Shown in pieces: positions 38,884 through 50,500 of a stretch of DNA of 64,000 nucleotides. The position numbers were made by a program, and so were the translations under genes. The notes beneath the pieces are model-generated. The model was not told the origin of the DNA. It did not search any database and saw nothing but the letters and a program-made list of their open reading frames with translations. The stretch comes from Candidatus Poseidoniaceae archaeon (GTDB lineage Archaea; Thermoplasmatota; Poseidoniia; Poseidoniales; Poseidoniaceae): the NCBI GenBank assembly GCA_965662895.1, contig CBFIJH010000007.1, positions 1 through 64,000 on the forward strand, in the 5' to 3' direction. How positions within the stretch are numbered: the first letter of the stretch is position 1; the number at the start of each line of letters is the position of its first letter.

Positions 38884-40539
38884 TTAGACCAATTCGTCCC
38901 ATCGAACTTCTGCTTCAACCATCTCGATTTCATCAACATCCATCTGAGCAAGTTGCAATTTTCCAGAGAGTTCATCGTTGACAGCATGCCAGTAGGAATA
39001 GGCTTCAAGAACCCAAATTCCAGATTCTCGAGTTCCATTGCCGCTTCCTTTGACGCCACCGAACGGAAGATGCGCTTCTGCACCTGATGTGGAGTTGTTG
39101 ATTCCAGTCATTCCAGCCTTGATACCGGTCTTGAAGCGATATGCCTCGAGTCGATCGTTGGTGTAGATGGCCGAAGACAATCCGTACGGACTTGCGTTCG
39201 CTAGGTGAAGAGCATGGTCGAAATCATCCGCCTTGACCAAGGTAATGGCAGGCCCAAACAATTCCTCATGGAAGCAACGCATGTCTTCAGTAACGCCAGC
39301 GTAGACGTGTGGCCACATGAAGACGCCATCTTCTGGGGTTCCGAGGAAACCTGATGGCTTGTTATCGGACGTGATTCGACCTTCTCCGTAGAGTTTGGTT
39401 GCTCCGTCTTGTTCGCAGATCTGAATGACTTCAAGGAAATCCTTTGCGTACTTTTCAGAAAGCATCGACCCGTAAAGAACACCTTCATGCTCCAAGGAAT
39501 CTCCTATGCGTGTCGAATGGACCTTGTCCATCAATTTCGCAACGAACTCATCGTAGATGTCCTTGTGGATGATGAGGTTTCCAAGCGATGTGCAGCGTTG
39601 GCCTGCGGTTCCAAAACCTGCCCAATACGCTCCTTCAACGGCATTTTCAAGGTTCGCAGACGGCATGATGACCAGTGGATTTTTTCCACCGAGTTCGAGT
39701 GAACATGAGACGAGGTTTCGTCCACAGACTTCTCCAATCATCTTCCCAACAGCGGTTGAACCGGTAAATGAAATCTTGTTAACACGACCCTCGTCCACGG
39801 CATCAACAAGATACTGACCTGCCCCACTTCCCTTTCCATGGATGAGGTTGATGACGCCGTTCGGCAAACCGGATTGGTGCATGATTCGAGCGAGGGCAAA
39901 CGAAAGCAGAGGTGTGTCTTGAGGGGATTTCCAAACGCATGTGTTTCCACACATGATCGCTGGAATCATCTTCCAGAACGGTACGGCGGATGGGAAGTTG
40001 CAGGCGTTGATGATTCCACAAACACCAAGAGGGCGTCGGTAGGTGAACAGTTCCTTGTCTGGAAGTTCAGAGTTGACCGTTTGTCCGTACAAGCGTCGAC
40101 CTTCGGATTGGAAAAACAGGCAGGTGTCAATCGCTTCTTGGATTTCGCCTCCACATTCTTTCAACGTCTTCCCCATTTCTCGTGCTTGAAGTCGGACGAG
40201 ATCTTCCTTGCGTTCCATCAATAAACGACCCATGTTGCCTATGATCTGTCCACGGGTAGGTGCTGGTGTTGCTGACCATCCAGAGAAGGCAGCGTGAGCA
40301 GCATCCAAGGCAGCATCAACGTCGGCTTTGGTTGAGAGGGGAAAGACTCCTAGAACATCGTTCAGGATTGCTGGGTTCCGAGATTCAAAGGTCTCTCCGT
40401 TGCTTGATTCTTCGAGTTGACCATCAATGATGTTGTAACCTTTAACGCTTGGACGGTTTTTTGGGTTGTTGGCTTCGAGGAACGTCAGACCTGCTTCGAG
40501 AACGTGGACCATATTCTCGCGGAGTTCGCTTCCCTCCAT
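38884..40539 (-). CDS. Aldehyde dehydrogenase family protein
   Basis: NFP, FTGSTAVG, LELGGKN, GQRCT (catalytic Cys), EELFGP, PFGGVKGSG. Confidence 0.95.
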   Translation of the reverse strand: MEGSELRENMVHVLEAGLTFLEANNPKNRPSVKGYNIIDGQLEESSNGETFESRNPAILNDVLGVFPLSTKADVDAALDAAHAAFSGWSATPAPTRGQIIGNMGRLLMERKEDLVRLQAREMGKTLKECGGEIQEAIDTCLFFQSEGRRLYGQTVNSELPDKELFTYRRPLGVCGIINACNFPSAVPFWKMIPAIMCGNTCVWKSPQDTPLLSFALARIMHQSGLPNGVINLIHGKGSGAGQYLVDAVDEGRVNKISFTGSTAVGKMIGEVCGRNLVSCSLELGGKNPLVIMPSANLENAVEGAYWAGFGTAGQRCTSLGNLIIHKDIYDEFVAKLMDKVHSTRIGDSLEHEGVLYGSMLSEKYAKDFLEVIQICEQDGATKLYGEGRITSDNKPSGFLGTPEDGVFMWPHVYAGVTEDMRCFHEELFGPAITLVKADDFDHALHLANASPYGLSSAIYTNDRLEAYRFKTGIKAGMTGINNSTSGAEAHLPFGGVKGSGNGTRESGIWVLEAYSYWHAVNDELSGKLQLAQMDVDEIEMVEAEVRWDELV

Positions 40540-40620
40540 GAAGGCTACGATTCAATCCTCAGGCTTCACACCGGATTTTCATAACTCATGGTTTTAGTAC
40601 TCTCGGGACTTGGACTTGGT

Positions 40621-42846
40621 ATGTCCGGAGAAGATAACGAGGTATCGCTACGTGTTGCAAAAGCCATTCCTTCCGACGTCGGTCACGGCCGAGCTCGGAT
40701 TTCAGGCGACCACGGACTTGACCTCAAACCAGGCGACATTGTCGAAATCAAAGGCGAGAAGCGTTCAACAGCAGCAATCTATTGGCGCAGTCGACCAGAA
40801 GACGCCAAAATGGATATCGTCCGAATCGATGGTATTATTCGAAAAAATGCAGGCGTGAGCCTCGGCGATCGAGTCACCATCTCCAAATCGGAAGCAAAAG
40901 AGTGCAAGAAACTCACACTTTCCCCAGTGATGGCGAACAAGCAGAAGGTCAAATTTGGCCCCGGGATTGAGGGTTTCGCACGCCGTGGTCTCTCAAAACG
41001 TCCAGTCATGGCCGGTGATCGGATTTTCATTCCTGGGATGACACTCTTCGCTGAGGCTCTACCGTTTGCAGTGGTTCAAACCACACCAAAAGGCATCGTC
41101 AAAGTTACGAGCGATACGGACATTGTCATCAAAGACGAGGCCATCGATGACGAGGATGTTGGACAATCGGAAGGGATAACCTACGAAGACGTAGGTGGTA
41201 TCGGCCAACAACTCCAGAAAGTACGAGAGATGATTGAACTCCCACTTAAGCACCCAGAACTGTTCCGAAGACTGGGAATCGACCCACCGAAAGGTGTTCT
41301 TCTGCACGGGCCACCAGGCACCGGTAAGACCATGATTGCCAAAGCGGTTGCGACAGAAGTGAACGCTCACTTCAAATCCATTAATGGACCGGAAATCATA
41401 TCAAAATACTACGGTGAATCCGAGAAACAGTTGAGAGAAATTTTCGACGAAGCGAGTGAAAAAGCTCCTGCAATTATCTTCATTGATGAGATTGATTCAA
41501 TCTGTCCAAAACGCGAAGATGTCAGTGGCGAAGTGGAGCGACGTGTCGTTGCTCAGATGCTCACACTTCTTGACGGTATGCAGGGTAGAGACAACGTTGT
41601 TGTCATCGGTGCGACAAACCGACGTGACGCTCTTGACCCTGCACTGCGTCGAGGCGGTCGTTTCGATCGTGAAATCGAGATTGGTGTCCCTGACCGCGAC
41701 GGTCGAAAAGAAATCATGGAAGTTCACACCCGTCAAATGCCAATCGCTGACGACTTTGAAGTCAATTGGGTACTCGACAACACGTACGGGTTCGTAGGAG
41801 CTGATCTTGCTGCACTTGTACGAGAAGCTGCGATGAAGGCTTTGCGCAGGTACTTGCCTGAAATCGATCTTGATGAGGAGACCATTCCACCAGAAGTCCT
41901 CGAAAAGATGGAAGTACGAATGACCGACTTCAGAGATGCTATCAAGGACATCGAACCATCAGCTCTTCGTGAGATTTACGTTGAGGTTCCCGAAATTGCA
42001 TGGAATGAGGTTGGTGGACTTGACGAAGTTAAAGAGCGACTCAAGGAGTCCGTCGAATGGCCGCTCACCAAACCAGAAGTGTTTGAACATTTCAACATCA
42101 AACCTCCACGAGGAATTGTTTTGTTTGGCGCACCTGGTACTGGAAAAACGCTCCTTGCAAAAGCCATAGCGAATGAAGCTCAAGCCAACTTCATTTCCAT
42201 AAAAGGTCCTGAAATGATTTCCAAATGGGTTGGTGAATCCGAACGAGGTATTCGCGAAATCTTCAAGAAAGCGAAGCAGTCTTCACCTTCCATCATTTTC
42301 CTTGATGAATTTGAATCCATTGCGAGCATGCGAAATGCTTCGAACGGTGAAGGAAGCGATGTTGGCAACAGGGTTGTGAATCAACTGCTTGCGAGTATGG
42401 ATGGCGTCGAATCCCTCGACGGTGTCATTGTTGTCGCTGCGACCAATCGTCCGGAAATGATCGACCCCGCTCTGCTAAGAAGCGGACGATTTGAACGTGT
42501 TCTTCACGTTCCTCCGCCCGATGCACCTGCTCGCGAGGCTATTTTTGAGATTCATTCGAGTGGCATGCCGTTATCGAAGTTCTCCATCAAAGGTCTTCTT
42601 TCGAGTATGGAAGGTTTCACTGGAGCCGATATCGAGGCAGTTTGCAGGGAAGCTGCGCTCATTGCCATGCGCGAGGGCAAGAAGCGTGTCGCAAAGAAAC
42701 ACTTCGATGAGGCTGTAACACGTGTACGACCAACCGTTACGCCAGAGATGCTCGAATACTACCAGAAAATGGAGACACGGTTGACGTCTGGCTTGTCAAA
42801 CATCAAGCGCACGCGTGACTACAGTTACGGCATGGAAACAATGTGA
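40621..42846 (+). CDS. cdc48: CDC48/VAT AAA+ ATPase
   Basis: N domain plus two AAA modules: [13 protein letters not shown] and [16 protein letters not shown] regions. Confidence 0.97.
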   Translation: MSGEDNEVSLRVAKAIPSDVGHGRARISGDHGLDLKPGDIVEIKGEKRSTAAIYWRSRPEDAKMDIVRIDGIIRKNAGVSLGDRVTISKSEAKECKKLTLSPVMANKQKVKFGPGIEGFARRGLSKRPVMAGDRIFIPGMTLFAEALPFAVVQTTPKGIVKVTSDTDIVIKDEAIDDEDVGQSEGITYEDVGGIGQQLQKVREMIELPLKHPELFRRLGIDPPKGVLLHGPPGTGKTMIAKAVATEVNAHFKSINGPEIISKYYGESEKQLREIFDEASEKAPAIIFIDEIDSICPKREDVSGEVERRVVAQMLTLLDGMQGRDNVVVIGATNRRDALDPALRRGGRFDREIEIGVPDRDGRKEIMEVHTRQMPIADDFEVNWVLDNTYGFVGADLAALVREAAMKALRRYLPEIDLDEETIPPEVLEKMEVRMTDFRDAIKDIEPSALREIYVEVPEIAWNEVGGLDEVKERLKESVEWPLTKPEVFEHFNIKPPRGIVLFGAPGTGKTLLAKAIANEAQANFISIKGPEMISKWVGESERGIREIFKKAKQSSPSIIFLDEFESIASMRNASNGEGSDVGNRVVNQLLASMDGVESLDGVIVVAATNRPEMIDPALLRSGRFERVLHVPPPDAPAREAIFEIHSSGMPLSKFSIKGLLSSMEGFTGADIEAVCREAALIAMREGKKRVAKKHFDEAVTRVRPTVTPEMLEYYQKMETRLTSGLSNIKRTRDYSYGMETM

Positions 42847-42898
42847 GCACGGAAACGGTCAAGTTCTTCCTTTGCCTAGGATTTTCAAGGCGAGTCGA

Positions 42899-43141
42899 AT
42901 GACATCCAGTTTCGGTCAGGAAATGCTTGGACGAACAGTCCAAGACAAGAAAGGTAAGGAGCTTGGAAAACTTACCGATCTTGTTGTTGATGTTTCAAAC
43001 GGTGGAATTTCTGAACTTCTTGTCAAATGCTCAGAAAACATCGATACGAGTCGTCTTCCATTTCAGATGAAAGACGGTGCAGTTGCAATTCCTTCCAACG
43101 AGGTGGCCTCGTTTGGGCACGTGATTTCGCTCAAAATCTGA
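42899..43141 (+). CDS. PRC-barrel domain protein
   Basis: MLGRTVQDKKGKELGKLTDLVVD...G.ISELLV pattern; 80 aa. Confidence 0.85.
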   Translation: MTSSFGQEMLGRTVQDKKGKELGKLTDLVVDVSNGGISELLVKCSENIDTSRLPFQMKDGAVAIPSNEVASFGHVISLKI

Positions 43142-43227
43142 TGAGCATTTTCGCAACAGAGTTGGACAACCTTCTAAACCGATGTGAAACCGTGTGTGTA
43201 TGAACGGTGTACTAGGGAGGTGTGGAG

Positions 43228-44844
43228 ATGGCGGCCGAACGTAACAGAAATTTCAGGCGAATTGGGCTTCAACTCGCATTCTGGGCCGTTCTTGGAATCC
43301 TCCTCTTTACCATTCTTCAAAATTTCATCAACATTAGTCAAACCAATCAATTGTCAGCATACGATGACGATTGGAACGACATGTCTGCGTTTCGCGAAGA
43401 TATCAATGCCATGGGAGTTGAAACAAAATCTCTGGTAAGCAGCCCGCTTCTATTGGCCGACATTGAAGATCCACGAAATACCACGTTTGTCATCGCAGGT
43501 GTTGAACGAGATACGCTTTCACTTCCACAATTCGATGAAGATGGATTCATCACAATCGCCACTGAGGATGGTTATTCACCCTCAGAGGTTGATGCAATTG
43601 TTGAGTTTGTTGATAATGGTGGTACAGTCATTGTTCTGGAAGACTTTGGTTATGCTGGAAGCATCGGAGAAGCTTACGGTGTTCGCTATTCTGGATACCA
43701 GTTGTACGATACAAACTATGTCGCTGAATTGGATTATAACTACATCTGGATGTGTGTGCAGGCAAGTCCCTGCGGTATGAACGGAACGGTACTTGACCCC
43801 ACAACAATAGAAGAACACGAACGCTGGTCTTCTGAGGTTGGCGCTCATCCATGTTCCGAGCTTGACGGCCAATCCATGACCCTTGGGGAAGCAGGGGTCT
43901 GTTCGCACCACTGGGTTCGAAGCGCAGGTGAACTGGGACGTATTGAGTACAATGCAACCTACACAATGCTGCTCAACAACGTCACTGGTCTTGAAATCGT
44001 TCCTGGAGTCCGTGGCGCCCTCAATGATGTGAATATCCGTTCTGTAACAAGCAATCAGGCTACCGTTGACGTCAATGGCGATGGTGAACTTTGGGTGAGC
44101 AACGAACAAACAAGTGAAACACCTGATCTGTGGGGGCAATTCAACCTCTCGATTGAAGCGTGCGCCTCCACAAATTGCGATCCGGATGAAGGGGGACGCG
44201 TCTTCTTTGTCGCAGATGGTAGCGCACTGATAAACGCAATCTACGATTTTGAAGGATTCAATGCAGGAAAATACGGTGAAACAGGTAAACTCATTCCGGC
44301 AAACGACAACCGAAAGTGGGCCCTCGACGTTATCGCAGAATCCTTGATGAGCACGCTTGAAGGCGAAGAGGGCCAACCAGCAGAAAACGCCCTAGTGATA
44401 TTTGACGAAAGCCGCCACCCACAGAACGCCTTACTTGCAGATTCTTACAACACGGTTTACTTCCTCTTGGTCTATTTCACCGGTGAAGGGCTTGCAATGC
44501 TTGCACTGTTTGTTGTTCTCTTTATCACGTTTGAAGCAGTTCTTCTCAAAAAGCGAGACCCGGAGCCATGGCGTCATGTTTTCAGCATCATCTATTACGG
44601 ATTTGGGGATGCAAATCGTTACACCTATTATGCCAAAACGGAGAAAATACGGCAGGTATTTTTGTCAAAAGTTCGTAATCAAAACGGTTTGACCGTTGAA
44701 GAATTTCATGCCATGCCTGCCAAAGAACTCGTTGGCCTTATCCAAGATCCAGTGTTGGCGAAGTTTGCCATCGAACCTGGAAAATATTCGTTGGAACAAT
44801 CGGTTGCACTCGTGAAACGAATCAAAGCATGGGGGCGAAGGTGA
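43228..44844 (+). CDS. DUF4350-like membrane-anchored extracytoplasmic protein
   Basis: N-terminal TM, SAYDDDWNDMSAF, FVDNGGTVIVLEDFG, GRVFFVADGSALIN, IFDESRH, second TM. Confidence 0.7.
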   Translation: MAAERNRNFRRIGLQLAFWAVLGILLFTILQNFINISQTNQLSAYDDDWNDMSAFREDINAMGVETKSLVSSPLLLADIEDPRNTTFVIAGVERDTLSLPQFDEDGFITIATEDGYSPSEVDAIVEFVDNGGTVIVLEDFGYAGSIGEAYGVRYSGYQLYDTNYVAELDYNYIWMCVQASPCGMNGTVLDPTTIEEHERWSSEVGAHPCSELDGQSMTLGEAGVCSHHWVRSAGELGRIEYNATYTMLLNNVTGLEIVPGVRGALNDVNIRSVTSNQATVDVNGDGELWVSNEQTSETPDLWGQFNLSIEACASTNCDPDEGGRVFFVADGSALINAIYDFEGFNAGKYGETGKLIPANDNRKWALDVIAESLMSTLEGEEGQPAENALVIFDESRHPQNALLADSYNTVYFLLVYFTGEGLAMLALFVVLFITFEAVLLKKRDPEPWRHVFSIIYYGFGDANRYTYYAKTEKIRQVFLSKVRNQNGLTVEEFHAMPAKELVGLIQDPVLAKFAIEPGKYSLEQSVALVKRIKAWGRR

Positions 44845-44849
44845 GTCAC

Positions 44850-46103
44850 ATGTGGACGCGAAAAGCATCGTTTACTTTTACTGGTGGTATTGCACTCATT
44901 CTCATTGGGATGATGATTTCCAACAACCAAATGATGATTCTTGGTTTAACACTCATCACCTTCATTGTCGTAAATTCATGGGTTTCCGGCCATGGCGATA
45001 TCGAAGTACAACGCACACTTTCTGCAGATAACTTGTACAAAGGTGATGATTTGTACGTTGAGTTGCTTGTCACCAACCGATCGAATCGCCGAACCCAACT
45101 CTTGGATGTTTACGACAACATTCCTCACGAAATGAAGTTGCGTAGTGGATTGAATCAAATGCGGCTCAATTTGCGTCCCGGAGAGAGTGCTCGAATCCGA
45201 TACGTGTTGCGTTGTCCACTTCGTGGACATTACTCGATTGGTCCTGTTTCTCTTCGAGTTCGCAACACCTTCAATCTCGGAGTTGAGGACATGTACGTTG
45301 ACCATCATTCCGATATCGTCATCTTCCCTCAAATCAAAGAAGTCGAGGAAGCGTTCCTTCGCTCACGTACACCTAAAATGTACACTGGAGCAACAACGCT
45401 TCGAACACCAGGACAAGGGTCAGAATTTTATTCGCTGAGAGAATACGTACCTGGTGATCCGTTCAAAAACATCAACTGGAAGGCCTTTGCTCGAACTGGT
45501 GACTTAATGGTCAATGAAAAATGTCGAGATGCGGTAACTGATCTTTACATCCTTCTTGATTCCAGAGACGTTGCCCGCATCGGAACCGTTCTCAAGAATC
45601 CACTCGAGATGGGAACGGTAAGCGCTGCAAGTCTTGCAGCATTTTTCCTCAAGCGACGAGATAGCGTCGCTCTCGGAATCTATGGCGACGGTCTCGCTTA
45701 TTTGCCACCCGATACCGGTGACAAGCAGTATTTCAAAATCCTAAGTTCACTTGCTGGCGTAAAGCCAGAGGGAAGTATGCCACTGCAAGCCGTTACCAAT
45801 TCGCTCAGTGGACGTTTCAGCCGAGGTAGTCCGGTGTTTGTTATTTCATCCTGTGAAGGGGATGGAACGGTTCCTGCAGCAGTACGTGATCTTGTTGGTC
45901 GAGGTCATGAAGTAACTGTCCTATCGCCATCAAGCATTGATTTTGAACGACTTGTTTCTCGGATACCGCGTATGTCCTACGAAGTCCTGAAGTTGGAACG
46001 ACAAAACCGTTTGACGACGCTTGCAGGTTCTGGAGCGCAGGTCATTGATTGGATGCCAGATATGGATCTATCACAAGCGATTATGCAGGTAAGGGGGTAT
46101 TAG
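44850..46103 (+). CDS. DUF58 domain protein
   Basis: Two N-terminal TMs, RGHYSIGP, EFYSLREYVPGDPFKNINWKAFAR, vWA-like C-terminus. Confidence 0.92.
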   Translation: MWTRKASFTFTGGIALILIGMMISNNQMMILGLTLITFIVVNSWVSGHGDIEVQRTLSADNLYKGDDLYVELLVTNRSNRRTQLLDVYDNIPHEMKLRSGLNQMRLNLRPGESARIRYVLRCPLRGHYSIGPVSLRVRNTFNLGVEDMYVDHHSDIVIFPQIKEVEEAFLRSRTPKMYTGATTLRTPGQGSEFYSLREYVPGDPFKNINWKAFARTGDLMVNEKCRDAVTDLYILLDSRDVARIGTVLKNPLEMGTVSAASLAAFFLKRRDSVALGIYGDGLAYLPPDTGDKQYFKILSSLAGVKPEGSMPLQAVTNSLSGRFSRGSPVFVISSCEGDGTVPAAVRDLVGRGHEVTVLSPSSIDFERLVSRIPRMSYEVLKLERQNRLTTLAGSGAQVIDWMPDMDLSQAIMQVRGY

Positions 46104-47306
46104 ATGGCTGGTGAAGTTGATCCACAAAGCGATGTTTCCCTCATGGGAGGACGCACCCGAACTCTGCACCTCAAAACATTGCGCAAGCAATGGCAAATCA
46201 TCACGCTCCAAGTCGTCTCAACGATTGCACTGGTCTGGATGTATTTGGAAGTCGTCTCCACCTATGTTGTTGGAAGTATTGACCACACCATGTTGTTTGA
46301 ATCATTGGAAACAGCCGTCGGTGAGGTGCCAATTGGAGATTGGTTAATCGGTTCAGGCCGCACGGGACTCGCTCGATTCTATGTTCCTATCGTGTTGGGA
46401 CTTGGACTTGGTGGTTCAATGGCGCTTCTTGCTTTCCAATCACCACGCGTTCAACAACGAATCAAACTTGGATTTATCGTTACACTCATGCTTCTCCTGA
46501 TTGGACGACTCGTCCTTACGTGGATTCCTTCAATGCTCTTTTCATTGGACCTACGTGCACCGACAGAGAGCGAACTGAAGACTCTTGAATGGCCGCTTTT
46601 GATGATTCTTTCATTGATGATTTTGTTCATCTATCTGTTGCCCGTCATCATGGGAACCCGTGGAATTTGGGGCCTCTCACGCCGCTCCATCGGATGGGCG
46701 ATTGGATTCACCTTGCTCTTCTTGGGTATCCATGCTATCCTGACCTTCCCTCTCATCAAATCACAACTCGGAGATTGGGGCTCGAATTTGATATCGTTGG
46801 AATCACAAGTGAGTGATCCGACCGTCGGCCTTTTTGGATTCGACTTAGTGACTCCTGAACAATTTTCACTCATCTTGATTGCAGTGCTGATTATGGTGTT
46901 TCAAGAATCAGGATTCGGTGTCATCCGCTATCTCGAGTACGCGTATCGCCTTCCAGAGTCTTGCAAGAGAGATCCTGAATACGTACGACAAATGGACAAC
47001 GTCCTCAACGGTCATCTCCGTCACACAGCTGGTTTTCTAACCATCACAGGCATCGTGACGACGGTTGCACTCGGCTTCCATAGTGTCCTTCTCGAGGTGG
47101 TTCGAACCTCAACAGGCAGTCAATGGGCGGCGCAAGTATCCGAGTCGATTGAACTGTCGTTGACGTATGGGTTGGTCATTTCTGCACTTCTTTTCCTCAG
47201 TCTTATTGCTCTACTGAGGTTCTTTGTTCCTTGGCAGAGGGTATGGGGTCTTATCGAATCCTTTAGCAACAATGCACCCGAACCTGTGAAAGAAAAAGAA
47301 TTCTAA
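46104..47306 (+). CDS. Multi-pass membrane protein, function unknown
   Basis: About 8 hydrophobic segments; follows DUF58 gene directly with AGGGGGT SD. Confidence 0.8.
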   Translation: MAGEVDPQSDVSLMGGRTRTLHLKTLRKQWQIITLQVVSTIALVWMYLEVVSTYVVGSIDHTMLFESLETAVGEVPIGDWLIGSGRTGLARFYVPIVLGLGLGGSMALLAFQSPRVQQRIKLGFIVTLMLLLIGRLVLTWIPSMLFSLDLRAPTESELKTLEWPLLMILSLMILFIYLLPVIMGTRGIWGLSRRSIGWAIGFTLLFLGIHAILTFPLIKSQLGDWGSNLISLESQVSDPTVGLFGFDLVTPEQFSLILIAVLIMVFQESGFGVIRYLEYAYRLPESCKRDPEYVRQMDNVLNGHLRHTAGFLTITGIVTTVALGFHSVLLEVVRTSTGSQWAAQVSESIELSLTYGLVISALLFLSLIALLRFFVPWQRVWGLIESFSNNAPEPVKEKEF

Positions 47307-47543
47307 TCACGCTCGTGTTCGAATCGACTGAATCGTTCTTCCGAACAACTCGTTGAGAATCAACATACTCAATACGAGTCCAATTGACGAAAGCCATTGA
47401 TACAATGTTGAATCGATGTTTGACCAAGCATACTGATTGAGAAAAACAAATCCTATGATGGACAAAAGGAAGACCAACTTTTCAAGAAAAATTGGGTAAG
47501 AGGAACCTTTCGATTCATTGCGCATGAGAAGTGTTTCAACCAT
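47307..47543 (-). CDS. Small two-TM membrane protein
   Basis: 78 aa, two hydrophobic helices, GGTGGA SD, 9-bp gap from coiled-coil gene. Confidence 0.7.
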   Translation of the reverse strand: MVETLLMRNESKGSSYPIFLEKLVFLLSIIGFVFLNQYAWSNIDSTLYQWLSSIGLVLSMLILNELFGRTIQSIRTRA

Positions 47544-47552
47544 GCTTCCACC

Positions 47553-50500
47553 TCAGAAATCCAATTCAGAAAGTTGGTCATGCAAGGCTTCGAGTCGGGG
47601 GTCTGGTTTTGCTTCTTCTGCGTCAGGCACCCGTAATTGACGTTCCGCATCCAATCGAGCCAACTCGGCTTCAAGGTCGGCACGATCTTCTTGCATTGGC
47701 GTGGCTTCGACTTGTTCGCCTTCTGTTTCAAGAGGTTCTGAATCAGAGGGTGCTGGCATCGCTTCCCATTCCTCAGAAAGTTCTGAAACAGTTGGTTCTG
47801 AATCCAGCGACACGCTTTCCTCGACCACCAAGGTAGGTTGAATGGTTTCCATCATATCATCCATGACTGGGGTCCGTTGACCGACGGGTATTGAAGTGCG
47901 TTCAAACGGTAAGAAACCGTCTCGTTGGAAATCCCACATCGCTCCACGTGGTATTCCCCGAGTTAATCCAGAGGCATCGATTTGCGTCAACAGTTCTTCA
48001 AGAACCTGTGCTGTCTGTTCAAGCGCAATTGCTTCGCCAGCATCGCGTTGGTCAGCTTCGAGATAAATGTCATCGAGTGCAACACGTATGAGTCGTCGCG
48101 TTTCAACAGCAACACTTGGTAACGCTTCAGGTCGCATGCAATTCATTCGAAGCGCCTCGATTTCTTCAGGTGGAGCACCAAGGTCTCCAAGTTGATCAAG
48201 GACGTTTCGCATGCGTCGCAACATGGTAATTGAACGATCATAATCTTCCAGGATTCCCTCCAAATCGAGAATCAGGTGACCAACGGTCTCACCGAGTTGG
48301 TTTTCCAGTCGCTGTTGTACCGACCATCGTGCCAATCCTCGAACTGCGCCTGCAGTCTGTGGAACTTGGCGTTCGAGCAACGTCATCACCTCACTGCTGA
48401 GCAAATGACGAGGTGTAGCAGCAATATGGTCGACTGTGGACTGAACGACCTGTAGGGCTCGTTCAACAGCACGATCGAGAAGGACAACCGAATAACCAAG
48501 CGTACGTGCATGTTCAAGACGCTCAAGTACGGGTCCCAAACCTCGGAAGGTCGCATCATCATTGAGCAATGCTTGAGCAAGAGGCTCTTCTGACAATCTT
48601 GCACGCAGACGTTCCGCTTCGGCAATGTCTGAAACGGCTTCTTCATGCGCTTCAGTGAGAGCCTCAGCGCGAGCGATGAGCCCAGAAAGTTCAGTTTCTG
48701 CATTGCCTCGGCGAGCTCCAAGATTGCCAAGTTCGGTAAGCAACTCTTTCCGCTCACCCATTAACTCCCGCAGTTCAGCATGGAGTTGCATTCGCCGTGC
48801 CTCATCTTCTGCGAGACGTTGACGTTCTTCCTCAGCCCGTTGACGACTTGACAAGGTTTCTGCTTCAATTTGGTCCAACCGTGCCTGTGCAGTTCGGATC
48901 TTTTCTTCTGAAGCATTGCTCTTTGATTGGGCGCTTGCTTGTCGTTCCCTCAGGGTTGCAACTTGTTCCTCAAGTGTTCGCAATCGTCGTTCCTCAAGCT
49001 CGATTTGTTCTCGAATTGACGACAACTGTTGTGCGTTGGACTCTAAGTCTGCACGAGTTGTTGCTTCCTGATTTGACAGCGCTTCAAGTTCATCTCGAAG
49101 TGCAGCACTGCTTTGCGTATCTCCAAGCGCCTTTGCTAATTCTGTTGCACGCTCACTGAGTTGGTGCTCCAGTTCACTCACCCTACGTAGCAAACGATCA
49201 GCACGTGCTTCAGCTTGCTCCATCCGTGTTCTTGATTCAGAAACCGTCACTTGTACTCGGTTGAGTTCGTCGTTTTTCGACTGAATGGCAACGGTTTGGT
49301 CTCCAGAAGACTGTTTGACTTCCTCGAGCCGAACCATTGCTTCAGTTCGCTCTTTTTCAGCATCCTGAAGTTGAGTGGTTAAGCTCGCATTTGCGCGCAT
49401 TAATGAGTCAGCTCGACGCTCGGATTCCTCCAGCCTTCGTCGTAATCCTGAATCAACCGCTGCAAGCGGAGCAGAGTTTGGTAGCGGTTGAGATGTTTCT
49501 TGCCCACCGACATGAATGCGTAGTTTTGCTCGAACGGCTCGAACATCATCAAGACCAATTTCAAAACCATACATGCTCATCAATCGATGCATCATAGAAG
49601 TTCTGCGCTTTTCGGAACGAGTACGTACAGTGGACAGTTGTTCTACAAATTGTTTGAGTGTAAATTCGGAAACATCACCGGTTGAAGCGGAAATCATCGT
49701 CCCAGAGGCCAGTCGATGCAACTTCAACACACGCTTGCTTTCCGTCAATCCAAGCATTGCTTCCTCGAACGATTGTCCGTTCGCTGCCAGTGCTACTGGA
49801 AGACCGTTGTTCAATGCAAGTGAGACCGCCTTGTCGCTGACACCTGCTTTGAGATGACCAGTAACTCGATCTTCAAGTGCTGCAGAAAGCATAGACATGA
49901 CGGCATCTGAGCCGCCCTTTCCCTCTCGAAGAATGAAACCGTCAGGCAGTGATGCTTCACCCTCGGCATATGTTCCTATTTCTCCATCAAGTTTGGCGGC
50001 TACATCGGACAACAAGCGTGCATGATTCGCATCAAGCTCCGTCCATATCGCTAACACGATGGTGCTGCTTGAGGCGATAAGTAAAGACGCATCTCCCATA
50101 TTCAACGATGCGTAACCTTGACCATCTCCTCCGAGCGTCTCATGCTGTGCATTCATTGCATCCGAGAGCGAGGCAACAGTTGCAGCGAGGTCTTCAGCAG
50201 ATCCTGGTAACTCACCCATGCTATCGATGACAATTCCTTGATCAGCGGCGAGACCTCCACGTACGTGCTCGTAATCAGAGAGCGCTTGAAGAACTGCAGA
50301 TAAGTTTCGGGCGAAGAGGCGATCTGTCAATGCGCCTCCAGAACCGAGTCCCTGTGCATCTGCTTGGAACTCAAAGGCTTCTGGTAGAAGTTTTGCAAGC
50401 TCAGCCAAGCCATGCATTGAGCATGTTGAGGCAACCAAACGATGTTGGTTTTTCTCAGCCTCTTCAAGCGCTTCTCGAGCGTCAGCGCCGCCGAGTAGTT

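Noticed and set aside
46092-46106. In-frame TAG-ATG junction (DUF58 to membrane protein), and in-frame TAG between presenilin and serS at 8852, suggesting amber readthrough
   Set aside because: Both downstream genes have their own SD and start; upstream proteins look complete; no pyl genes in window
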